64,000 bases of DNA from an uncultured Eggerthellaceae bacterium (GTDB lineage: Bacteria > Actinomycetota > Coriobacteriia > Coriobacteriales > Eggerthellaceae). The DNA lies in assembly GCA_964631345.1 (NCBI GenBank), contig CAZVWE010000010.1, positions 394-64,393 on the forward strand. The letters are read 5' to 3'. Positions 37,237-45,045 of this stretch are shown piece after piece; the stretch's first letter is position 1; each line of letters opens with the position of its first letter. Under the pieces are notes generated by a model. It had not been told where the DNA came from. It made no database searches and worked only from the letters and a program-made list of their open reading frames with translations. Position numbers and translations under genes: made by a program.

Positions 37237-38164
37237 AGTTGATCTGTATCGCCTGATTCGTTCTCGCTATTTTTGGGTAATTACTGCCATTGCAATTGCT
37301 CTTCTTGTATTCATTGCGATGTTCGTGAATTGGCTAGCATCGCCGGAGTTCGCACAAGTGGTCAATGAGTCCATTGCCCAAAATGAGCAAGTCTCTGAAG
37401 CGACACTTGATAGCGGTAGCTCAAGCGATAGCGGTAGACCAAGCGATAGCGGTAGACCAAGCGAAGGGGACGAAATTGAATCGCTGAACTCCAAGATTAT
37501 GAGCAGTTTCACTTACGATTGTGGACAGATGTTCTTTGATAGCAGCTTGGTCGGCATCCTTGGGTCTCTTCTCGCCGCTCTTTTGATCCTTTACGATTTT
37601 AAGAAAGGCTACATTAAGAATTTGCCTATGGACAATCGGGGGCGACGCAACTATTTTGCCGAGAAATTGATCATAGTTGCGCTCTTGCAGGCGTACCTTA
37701 TCGCAGTCTGTGCGCTGACTTCGTTTTTGTCGTTCTTAGCGCTCGGATTCTCATTCGAGACCATTGAGCCTTTAGGAGACGTAGTGTTTTGGTTGTTCCT
37801 GGTATGGCTCTACTCGACTGCGATGGCGTACCTCGTATCGTGCATTGCATGGTTATCAAGAAGCGAGGGCGTGTCATCGGCAACAGTTCTGTTTCTTTCA
37901 AGTGGTATCCTCGGGGTCATCGTGCTTCAAATAATCGGTGCGCTTGTAAACTTCTTTCCTGTGCTTGGACAGATCCCTCAATTCCTTTTGGCCAGTGTCC
38001 GAATGGAATTGCATAATGGTGCAGCGGATCTCTGGAATATGTGTACGGGAGAGGCATTCCTCGCGATGCCGACATGGGCTCACGCTCTCATCATATGCAT
38101 TGCGTTCTCGCTAATAGCTGCAATTATTAGTTGGACTCTATGCCGAAAAAGGGACATGGCTTAG
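37220..38164 (+). CDS. ABC-2-type exporter permease
   Basis: Six hydrophobic helices with a long first extracytoplasmic loop. ATG 37220 overlaps the ATPase stop. Confidence 0.7.
   Translation: MFNLLKVDLYRLIRSRYFWVITAIAIALLVFIAMFVNWLASPEFAQVVNESIAQNEQVSEATLDSGSSSDSGRPSDSGRPSEGDEIESLNSKIMSSFTYDCGQMFFDSSLVGILGSLLAALLILYDFKKGYIKNLPMDNRGRRNYFAEKLIIVALLQAYLIAVCALTSFLSFLALGFSFETIEPLGDVVFWLFLVWLYSTAMAYLVSCIAWLSRSEGVSSATVLFLSSGILGVIVLQIIGALVNFFPVLGQIPQFLLASVRMELHNGAADLWNMCTGEAFLAMPTWAHALIICIAFSLIAAIISWTLCRKRDMA
37409..37462 (+). repeat. 3 x 18-bp in-frame tandem repeat in the permease loop
   Basis: gatagcggtagctcaagc, then gatagcggtagaccaagc twice, encoding DSGSSS DSGRPS DSGRPS. Confidence 0.85.
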
Positions 38165-38185
38165 TAAACGAAAAGAGGATCTTGA

Positions 38186-39076
38186 GTGGTAATCGTAATC
38201 GTCATACTCGCGTTGCTGGTCATGATCCTCTGTACTTTTGTGCTTATGTATCGTCGGGAGCTTATTCGCTGGGCGAAGTTCATGCGAAATCATCCACCTG
38301 CTAGCAATACGCGCCTTGGAACAGAAGCGCTGCTTCCAGGAAGCCGCAAAGTGGTTGAGGGAATTAATGGTTTGCTCGATGAGGCAAGTTTTCGTGAACG
38401 AACCATGAAAGAACAAGAGCGTGAATTACTGGAAGGTCTTGCTGGGCTATCTCACGATATCCGAACACCATTGGCAGGTGCGAAGGGATATGTGCAACTT
38501 GCGATAGGCGAAGAGGATTCTGCTGAGAGGATCCACTGTTTGAAGCTCGCAGAAAGCCGTCTTGATACGACGCGGGAAATGGTAGATCAACTATTCGACT
38601 ATATGCGTCTAACGACTGAGTCAGATACTTTAGATATCGAAAGTTGCGATGTGACTGAGATCCTTGCATCCACTCTTGCTGACCTTTATTACGCTTTTGA
38701 GGGCAAGGGTTGGGAGTGTCAAGTTGATTTATCTGGAGACCTTGATTGTTCGGTTGATGCTGTTGCTATGCAGAGAGTGTTTGAAAATATCCTAGGCAAT
38801 ATGCTCAAGCACGGTTCTGGCGACATTAGGATAAAGCACATCGAGAATGACATCGTTTTTTCCAATGCCATCGAACCTGGAGCTCAAATAGACGAAAGTA
38901 GGGTTTTCGAGCGTTTTTATAGAGGAGATTTCGCCCGTGGCAAAACAGGGGCAGGACTTGGGCTTGCTGCAGTCAAGCAGCTATGCGAGCTCATGGATAT
39001 AGTGATTTACGCTAATGTTTCTGACGATACTTTCTCGATCAGATTAGTGTTCAACCCTGCGAAATCCTGCAGCTGA
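38186..39076 (+). CDS. sensor histidine kinase (single N-terminal TM, intramembrane-sensing type)
   Basis: H-box LSHDIRTPL and G-box GAGLGLAAV. There is only a short N-terminal TM segment. Confidence 0.85.
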   Translation: MVIVIVILALLVMILCTFVLMYRRELIRWAKFMRNHPPASNTRLGTEALLPGSRKVVEGINGLLDEASFRERTMKEQERELLEGLAGLSHDIRTPLAGAKGYVQLAIGEEDSAERIHCLKLAESRLDTTREMVDQLFDYMRLTTESDTLDIESCDVTEILASTLADLYYAFEGKGWECQVDLSGDLDCSVDAVAMQRVFENILGNMLKHGSGDIRIKHIENDIVFSNAIEPGAQIDESRVFERFYRGDFARGKTGAGLGLAAVKQLCELMDIVIYANVSDDTFSIRLVFNPAKSCS

Positions 39077-39091
39077 TCTGACCGTAAGTTT

Positions 39092-39131
39092 ATGTCAGCG
39101 GGTGTGTCAGGAACGTTCACTTTTGACACAC
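39092..39131 (+). repeat. GTGTCAGG-ACGTTCACTTTTGACAC interspersed repeat copy
   Basis: atgtcagcgggtgtgtcaggaacgttcacttttgacacac, 16 nt after the kinase stop. Confidence 0.75.
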
Positions 39132-39197
39132 TTATGAATGGCCTTCAACATCTCTCTGATTGAAAGTGACAAGTATCGAGGTACAGGACTGTAGTTT

Positions 39198-39230
39198 GAT
39201 ATCTATGATATCATTGATATCATAGATATC
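39198..39230. promoter_or_regulatory. 33-bp perfect palindrome, likely VapB(FitA-like) operator
   Basis: gatatctatgatatca-t-tgatatcatagatatc, 38 nt upstream of the antitoxin ATG. Confidence 0.6.
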
Positions 39231-39267
39231 AGAACATTATATAAACAACGATAAAGGCGGAAAGAAA

Positions 39268-39504
39268 ATGCCAAACCTGTTGATAAGGGATCTGAGCGAA
39301 TCGACAAAAAGGCAGCTTGCTATACGGGCGGCAGAGAACGGGCGAAGCCAACAAGCTGAAGCGCTTGCCATACTTGAGGATTCGCTGGAACCGAAAACGG
39401 ATTCTTGGTTTGATGCGTTGCGCGACATGTCAAACAACGTGGGCGGTATCGACCTTCCGACCACTGACAGGCATTCTCCGCGTCTGACAGGAGTGCTGCT
39501 TTGA
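39268..39504 (+). CDS. vapB: ribbon-helix-helix antitoxin (FitA/VapB-like)
   Basis: MPNLLIRDLSESTKRQLAIRAAENGRSQQAEA. 78 aa with a 4-nt overlap onto the PIN gene. Confidence 0.75.
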   Translation: MPNLLIRDLSESTKRQLAIRAAENGRSQQAEALAILEDSLEPKTDSWFDALRDMSNNVGGIDLPTTDRHSPRLTGVLL

Positions 39505-39923
39505 GCGGTTATATTGTCGACACGAATGTTATTTCAGAGGCGATTAAGGCCGATCCAAATCCTGTAGTATTAGTATGGCTTGAGCAGAATTCGCGTTCGC
39601 TTTATCTGACCAGTATAACGATCGAAGAGCTCAGATTCGGCGCGCTCATGCTGCCAAAAGGGAAGAAGCGCAAAGCGCTCGAAGCATGGATTGACTCACT
39701 TTCTGCTGACTTTTCCCAAAAAATTCTCAGCTTCGATACGCCGGCCACTGAGATATGTGCAGGCTTTCATGAAAAGGCCATATCCAGTGGGAAAACTCCT
39801 AGCATCGAGGATCTGATGATAGCGAGTATCGCCAAAAGAGAGGGACTTTGCATAGCTACTCGAAATGTAAAAGATTTTGAGTATCTTGATATCGAGCTAG
39901 TGAATCCATTTAAAATTCAGTAA
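39501..39923 (+). CDS. vapC: PIN-domain toxin (VapC/FitB-like)
   Basis: YIVDTNVISE N-terminal acidic motif. 140 aa, with a conserved D/E in the IATRNVKDF region. Confidence 0.8.
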   Translation: MSGYIVDTNVISEAIKADPNPVVLVWLEQNSRSLYLTSITIEELRFGALMLPKGKKRKALEAWIDSLSADFSQKILSFDTPATEICAGFHEKAISSGKTPSIEDLMIASIAKREGLCIATRNVKDFEYLDIELVNPFKIQ

Positions 39924-39966
39924 TAGCCACTGATTTATGCTCGTTTCGATCTTCTTCGCCATCTGC

Positions 39967-39995
39967 GTATTCATTCCCTGACATGCGTCCCCTCG
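39967..39995 (-). repeat. partial copy of the interspersed repeat family (CCCTGACAT arm)
   Basis: gtattcattccctgacatgcgtcccctcg resembles gtacattcttccctgacatacgctctg at 43449-43475. Confidence 0.5.
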
Positions 39996-40129
39996 CTCAC
40001 CTCGCGAAACCGCTGTTTGACCTTAGCTGACAGCTAATGAAATGCCCAACGCTTCCTCTTATTATTGGTTGGTATTCACTGGGTGACGGAGACTTCCGCG
40101 CGCCCTTTCCGACGAGCGAAAGGAACATA

Positions 40130-40951
40130 ATGACGAACGATCAGCCAGGCTATCAGCCTTCTGTAAACAACCAAGGAGTTCCCGGTATACCACCGCAGGC
40201 TCCGCCCCCCGCTGCGCCAGTAGGCACATCCAGCATGGCGATCACGGGCTTGGTATTGGGTGGCGTGGCTATCGTTACATCGTTTCTTCCCATCATCAAT
40301 AATGTTTCCTTCTTCGTTGGCATCCTAGGCGTGATTTTTGCCATAGTGGGAATCGTTGGCACGGGCAAGGGCAAGAAGCGCGGCCGCGGTCTGGCTATAG
40401 CGGGACTCATCATTAGTATTCTGTCCATTATCGCCGTGTTGGCATCTCAGGCGTTTTATAGCGCTGCTATCGATGAAGCGCTGAGTTCCACCAAGGCCAC
40501 ACCTGCAACGAACACGCAAGCTGCAGGGGATCAAAATGCAGCTTCTACTGATGGCACAAGCGATGGCAGTAATGCGGCGGGTGCATCGGAAGTCTCGAGT
40601 ACCACGGCGGATTCCGCTTATGACGTGAGCATCGACAAGGTGACTAAGACCACCGATTACCATGGCGATCCCGTTTTACTTGTTGACTTCACCTTCACCA
40701 ATAACTCGACTGAAGATGCAACATTTTCCGTCAATATAGATTGCAAGGCGTTCCAAAATGGCGTGCAGCTTGATTTCGCCTATGGTGATTGGGATTCGGG
40801 TAATTCTTTGAAATCCGTCAAAACTGGCGGCACTATCACATTGCAGCGCGGTTTTGCTCTTGATGATACATCGCCTGTCACCATTGAGGTTGCTGAGATG
40901 TTCGATCTGAGCGACGAGCTGATTTTGCAGGAAACCTATGATGTCGCTTAA
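40130..40951 (+). CDS. membrane protein, DUF4190-like N-terminus plus DUF5067-like extracellular domain
   Basis: Pro/Gln-rich N-terminus, two TM helices with a GKGKKRGRG loop and a C-terminal beta-rich domain (VLLVDFTFTNNS...). The start at ATG 40130 lies behind GAAAGGAA. Confidence 0.5.
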   Translation: MTNDQPGYQPSVNNQGVPGIPPQAPPPAAPVGTSSMAITGLVLGGVAIVTSFLPIINNVSFFVGILGVIFAIVGIVGTGKGKKRGRGLAIAGLIISILSIIAVLASQAFYSAAIDEALSSTKATPATNTQAAGDQNAASTDGTSDGSNAAGASEVSSTTADSAYDVSIDKVTKTTDYHGDPVLLVDFTFTNNSTEDATFSVNIDCKAFQNGVQLDFAYGDWDSGNSLKSVKTGGTITLQRGFALDDTSPVTIEVAEMFDLSDELILQETYDVA

Positions 40952-40963
40952 TTCTGCGACATA

Positions 40964-41422
40964 ATGAAGAAGGCGATCAAAAGACGGCGGAGGAAAAAGC
41001 GCATGGAAGAACCGCTTACAGAAGACATGCTCTCAGAGCTGCTGATGGCGGACACCATCACGCGCTTCGTTCAAAAAATTGATGGAGAGCCGCGTAGTCT
41101 TGCGGATTATCTGAACGAATTGCTCGCAGCGAAGGGGCTGAAACGGTCGCAGGTTATTCGCGAAGCCGGCATCAACGAAACTTTCGGGTATCAGGTGTTC
41201 ACCGGAGCGCGGCGAACATCGCGTAACAACCTGCTGAAACTCGCCTTCGCCATGAAGCTTTCCGTGCGTGAGGCCAACCGTTTGTTGCAGGCCGGTCAGG
41301 CCAACGGCCTCTACTGCAAAAACAGACGCGACGCCATCATCATCTTCTCGCTTAACCATGGGTATTCGCTTCAAAAAACTCAAGAAGAGCTTTATCGGTT
41401 CCAGGAGGCCACCATCGACTGA
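40964..41422 (+). CDS. XRE-type helix-turn-helix protein
   Basis: LNELLAAKGLKRSQVIREAGINETFGYQVFTG. Confidence 0.6.
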   Translation: MKKAIKRRRRKKRMEEPLTEDMLSELLMADTITRFVQKIDGEPRSLADYLNELLAAKGLKRSQVIREAGINETFGYQVFTGARRTSRNNLLKLAFAMKLSVREANRLLQAGQANGLYCKNRRDAIIIFSLNHGYSLQKTQEELYRFQEATID

Positions 41423-41489
41423 TAGCGCCTCCTGGACCACTGCCGCATCCGATTTGGTGTGGCAAGAGGTGGCGGGTATTTTTGGTACT

Positions 41490-42815
41490 ATGGAGAACAT
41501 GGAAAACGATGACCTTTCCCTGTATCTTTCAGCCTTAGCCCGTGATAACTCTTACTGGGTTGCCGAAACTTTGAAACGCACTCCACACGAGAGTACGGAA
41601 GTGGTGTATTTTACCGGCGCTCATGGAGGTGAGCTGGGGCCTTTTGTGCGCAAACGCATCGATAGTGTCTCAGGTCTCGGCGATGCCTACCGGCGTCTTT
41701 GCGAGGCTCAGCGTTCTGGGCAGCGATTTCGCTACCTGCCGCATATATACGATGTGCATGAGCGCGATGAAAAGCTCATCGTTATCATGGAATATGTAGC
41801 GGGACGCACGTTACAGGACGAAGTTTACGAAAACGACTCTGCCGGTTCTTTGGCAGCGACTCTTTTCCCGAAGCTATGCGATGGTGTAGCCGAACTGCAC
41901 GAGGGTATGGATCCGCCTTTGATCCATCGGGATCTGAAACCCTCTAACATCATGGTGCAGAACGATAACCTGACCATTATCGATTTCGGCATTGCGCGCA
42001 CCTATCGAAATGATGCCGATAGCGACACAACGCCGTTTGGCACGCGCACGTATGCGCCGCCCGAGCAACTCGGTTTTTGTCAGACCGACGAGCAAAGTGA
42101 CATTTACGCCCTGGGTATGATCTTGTTCTTTCTTATAACCGAGCAGATTTGCCAGCGTGCATCCCTTGAACAGGGCTTTCCCGAGTTGGCTGCTTTGCCG
42201 GCTATGCAAGCGGTCGTAACCAAAGCCACAGCTTTTGATCCTGCTGCTCGCTACCAATCTGTCAGTGAGTTGAAGCATGCATTTCTGCAAGCCGTCGAAG
42301 CGGCGCCAATTGCAACCGAGAGGATGTCCATCCCAAGTGCGCCTATTGCGCCTGTCGTACCGGGTGTGTCCGGTGCGCAATCACAGGATGTAGCTATTCA
42401 ATCGTCGAGCTTACAGCGCGAAGATCTTTCGTCGGCAACACCGAGCTTACAGCGCGAAGACCCTTCGTCGGCAACACCGAGCGAAGTTCTGGGAATTGTG
42501 TGGGATACCATCGTGGTGCTTCTGTGGCTTTTGTTTATGTGCGCGCTGTTCATTGTGGTCATCAATCCATCCGAGCCTGTTTTGCAATATCCGACTTGGA
42601 TGCGCTTTCTTATATACCCCCTTGCCTTTGGCTTATTTTTTACCGGCGCTGCCTATGGCTTGATGGACAAGCGATGGTTGCGCCGTCATATCCCGTTGCT
42701 AAAGGGGCAAACTTATGGAAAATCGCTGATAGTCGCTCTCGTCATAATGGGCTGTGGCATTGTGCTGTTAGGGTCGCTGCTTGTGGTGCTAGCTGCCATG
42801 ACTGCGTTTACCTGA
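41490..42815 (+). CDS. Hanks-type Ser/Thr protein kinase with C-terminal multi-TM region
   Basis: HRDLKPSNIM, DFGIAR and YAPPEQ motifs, with C-terminal hydrophobic helices. ATG 41490 is chosen because the longer ORF overlaps the upstream gene. Confidence 0.85.
   Translation: MENMENDDLSLYLSALARDNSYWVAETLKRTPHESTEVVYFTGAHGGELGPFVRKRIDSVSGLGDAYRRLCEAQRSGQRFRYLPHIYDVHERDEKLIVIMEYVAGRTLQDEVYENDSAGSLAATLFPKLCDGVAELHEGMDPPLIHRDLKPSNIMVQNDNLTIIDFGIARTYRNDADSDTTPFGTRTYAPPEQLGFCQTDEQSDIYALGMILFFLITEQICQRASLEQGFPELAALPAMQAVVTKATAFDPAARYQSVSELKHAFLQAVEAAPIATERMSIPSAPIAPVVPGVSGAQSQDVAIQSSSLQREDLSSATPSLQREDPSSATPSEVLGIVWDTIVVLLWLLFMCALFIVVINPSEPVLQYPTWMRFLIYPLAFGLFFTGAAYGLMDKRWLRRHIPLLKGQTYGKSLIVALVIMGCGIVLLGSLLVVLAAMTAFT
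42407..42478 (+). repeat. 2 x 36-bp in-frame tandem duplication in the kinase linker
   Basis: gagcttacagcgcgaaga(t/c)c(t/c)ttcgtcggcaacacc twice, encoding SLQREDLSSATP SLQREDPSSATP. Confidence 0.85.
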
Positions 42816-42956
42816 TACCTCTCCTTTAACTCCCTGTTCTCCCATCCTTTTCGGTATGGATTCGCTTTGGTGTCAGCGCTCGTAACCCACTCTGCATCAA
42901 TATTAGAGGTGCTATCTTTGCTTGTTGAAGAGATCTCGAAGAGGGAAGGAATCCTC

Positions 42957-43385
42957 ATGGAAATTCATGTGCTCTCGGCGTATCAGACCACAGCCGAAGA
43001 GTTCTTTAACAAGATCCTCGGTTGGAAGACTGACTTGGTGTTGGATATTCGTCTCAAGAACACCAATCAGCTTGCGGGATTCACCAAGCAGGAAGACTTG
43101 GAGTACTTTACGCATGTCATTGCGCATGCTGATTACATCCATGATGTGGAATACTCGCCTTCGAAGACTCTTTTGGATGAGTATCTCGACCACGGTCTTC
43201 CTTATCAGGAATATTTCGAACGCTATGCCAAGGAAATGGAGGAGCGTAAAGCTATTCCTGACTTCTTCCATAAATACGATAAGTATCAGTCCATCGCCAT
43301 CGTTGGTACGGCTACCAACAAGCGACGCTCGCATGCCGAAGAGCTGCAGCGACTCTTGGAAACCGCCGAAAATGCGCCAAGGTAG
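42957..43385 (+). CDS. DUF488-like protein
   Basis: 142 aa. The layout MEIHVLS...LVLDIRLKN...F resembles DUF488. The assignment is weak. Confidence 0.45.
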   Translation: MEIHVLSAYQTTAEEFFNKILGWKTDLVLDIRLKNTNQLAGFTKQEDLEYFTHVIAHADYIHDVEYSPSKTLLDEYLDHGLPYQEYFERYAKEMEERKAIPDFFHKYDKYQSIAIVGTATNKRRSHAEELQRLLETAENAPR

Positions 43386-43482
43386 CGTGTCGGGGAACGT
43401 CCCCTGACACGTCAAAAGTGAACGTCCCCTGACACGTACCCTGACACGTACATTCTTCCCTGACATACGCTCTGACACACAG
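43386..43482 (-). repeat. densest copy of the interspersed repeat family (five CTGACA(C) modules plus palindrome)
   Basis: cgtgtcggggaacgtcccctgacacg-tcaaaagtgaacgtcccctgacacg-taccctgacacg-...-ccctgacat-...-ctgacacac. It starts directly at the stop of the preceding gene. Confidence 0.8.
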
Positions 43483-43595
43483 GTGCCCACTGCGCCATAG
43501 AGCCTCTAAATCGACCATGCTTCTCCGTAAAAGTGCCGTATATTGCGGTATTCCTTATACCATCAATGAATCACGCCTTCGTTGAAAGGAATATC

Positions 43596-44384
43596 ATGGT
43601 CGAATTGAACGATGATAAGGTCATCTACGCGTTCTCGTCTGATATGGATCCGGTGCTCACTGTCCCTTCCGGCCAGACCGTTCGCATTCGCACGAAGGAC
43701 TGTTTCGGTAACCAGCTGTCTGGACCGGAAGATGAACTTGATGAGATCGATTGGGACGCAATCAACCCCGCAACAGGCCCTATTTTCGTTGAAGGAGCTA
43801 CTGCGGGTGGTGCATTGAAGGTTGCGGTTGAAAACATAGAATTTGACGGCCATGCTGCATGTTGTACTGGCAAGGACGAAGGGGTTTATGGCGATAAGCT
43901 CGACCGATGGAGCACGCGTTTCTGTCAGATCGAGGATGGGAAACTAGTTTGGGATGAAGCATTGCGGATCCCGCTCAATCCTATGATAGGGGTTATCGGC
44001 GTCGCGCCTGCGGGAGAGGCTGTCAACTGCGGCACGCCGGGTAGCCACGGTGGCAATATGGACAACACGGCTATCACGTCTGGCGCAACTCTTTATTTCC
44101 CGGTTGCGGTCGAAGGTGCGCTGTTCGGATTGGGCGATATGCATGCTGCAATGGGTGATGGTGAGGTGAGTGTGTCAGGGGCTGAGGCACCTGGGTGGGC
44201 CACGGTCACGCTCACAGCGCTTCCTGATCTTGCGTTGGTTGACCCGGTAATCGAGAACGCAGATAGCTTCGGCATCATCGCATCGTCGGACAATCTCGAT
44301 GCGGCTGCTGATCGTAGGCTGCTTGTTCATGCTGCAAACCTACATCGCAGGTTGCCTGAGCCCCGATGGCGCGGTATTTGCTGA
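43596..44384 (+). CDS. acetamidase/formamidase-family protein, 3-prime end apparently replaced
   Basis: GPIFVEGATAGGALKV and GGNMD...GLGDMHAAMGDGEV motifs. After ...SSDNLDAAAD the tail (RRLLVHAANLHRRLPEPRWRGIC) looks like an out-of-frame reading of the next gene. Confidence 0.65.
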   Translation: MVELNDDKVIYAFSSDMDPVLTVPSGQTVRIRTKDCFGNQLSGPEDELDEIDWDAINPATGPIFVEGATAGGALKVAVENIEFDGHAACCTGKDEGVYGDKLDRWSTRFCQIEDGKLVWDEALRIPLNPMIGVIGVAPAGEAVNCGTPGSHGGNMDNTAITSGATLYFPVAVEGALFGLGDMHAAMGDGEVSVSGAEAPGWATVTLTALPDLALVDPVIENADSFGIIASSDNLDAAADRRLLVHAANLHRRLPEPRWRGIC

Positions 44385-44937
44385 TGATCCCGATAACGCG
44401 TTCTATCTAGTTGCCGAAATTGCGGGCGGAAAGTTCCTCTATATTCTGTGCGCGTTGGCGACAGCCATTGCTTGGGGCATCTTCAATTCGCTTGCGGCGC
44501 AGACGGCGATCTGCCGCATCCTATATGCGATGAGCCGCGACGGCAATCTGCCGAAAGGTCTGGCGAAGGTTCACCCGCGTTTCAAGACACCGTATATCGC
44601 AGCGTTGTTCGTTGGTGTGCTTTCGCTTATTTTGGTGGTTATCTTCTCGCTCGTTCTCAGCATTGATGATATTTCGCGTTTGGTGAATTTCGGAGCCCTT
44701 ACTGCGTTTTGCGTCCTTCATGTGACGGTGGTGTGGCACTTCTTCATCAAGAAACGCGATGGCAAGGTGTTCACGCATCTGATCCTTCCGCTTTTGGGTT
44801 TCCTGATCGTTGGATATACATGGATCAGCCTTGACCCAGCATCCAAGATCATGGGCATAACATGGATCGTGATCGGTGTGGTGTACTACCTCATCATCAG
44901 CAAGGTTCTCAAGAAGAATGTCGATCTTGAGGTGTAG
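44299..44937 (+). pseudogene. C-terminal half of an APC-family amino-acid/polyamine permease (N-terminal ~half missing)
   Basis: RILYAMSRDGNLPKGLAKVHPRFKTPY and the following ~6 TM helices match the C-terminal half of APC permeases. This frame is closed by a stop at 44248-44250, and no N-terminal half is present. Confidence 0.6.
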
Positions 44938-45045
44938 GCTTGCGGTGATCTTGCACTTCTGAAGCTTTTCGGGCGTAGCGTGGTTTTCCATGGTGCGCCC
45001 TTTTTTGTATCTGCCCTTTTTGGGGTGTTGACGAAAGGTGCGAAC

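Noticed and set aside
43386-43482. Possible miniature CRISPR array, given the repeated CTGACAC modules
   Set aside because: The repeat units are only 7-12 nt with irregular 5-19-nt spacing. The same element occurs singly elsewhere, and there are no cas genes. It is better explained as a REP/MITE-like repeat.
42912-43518. Minus-strand ORFs (192 and 68 aa) and an alternative plus frame (161 aa) over the DUF488 gene and the repeat region
   Set aside because: They read through the interspersed repeat (RVRVRVRGR-type translation) and have no start context. The DUF488-like frame is the only one with a ribosome-binding site and a family-like sequence.
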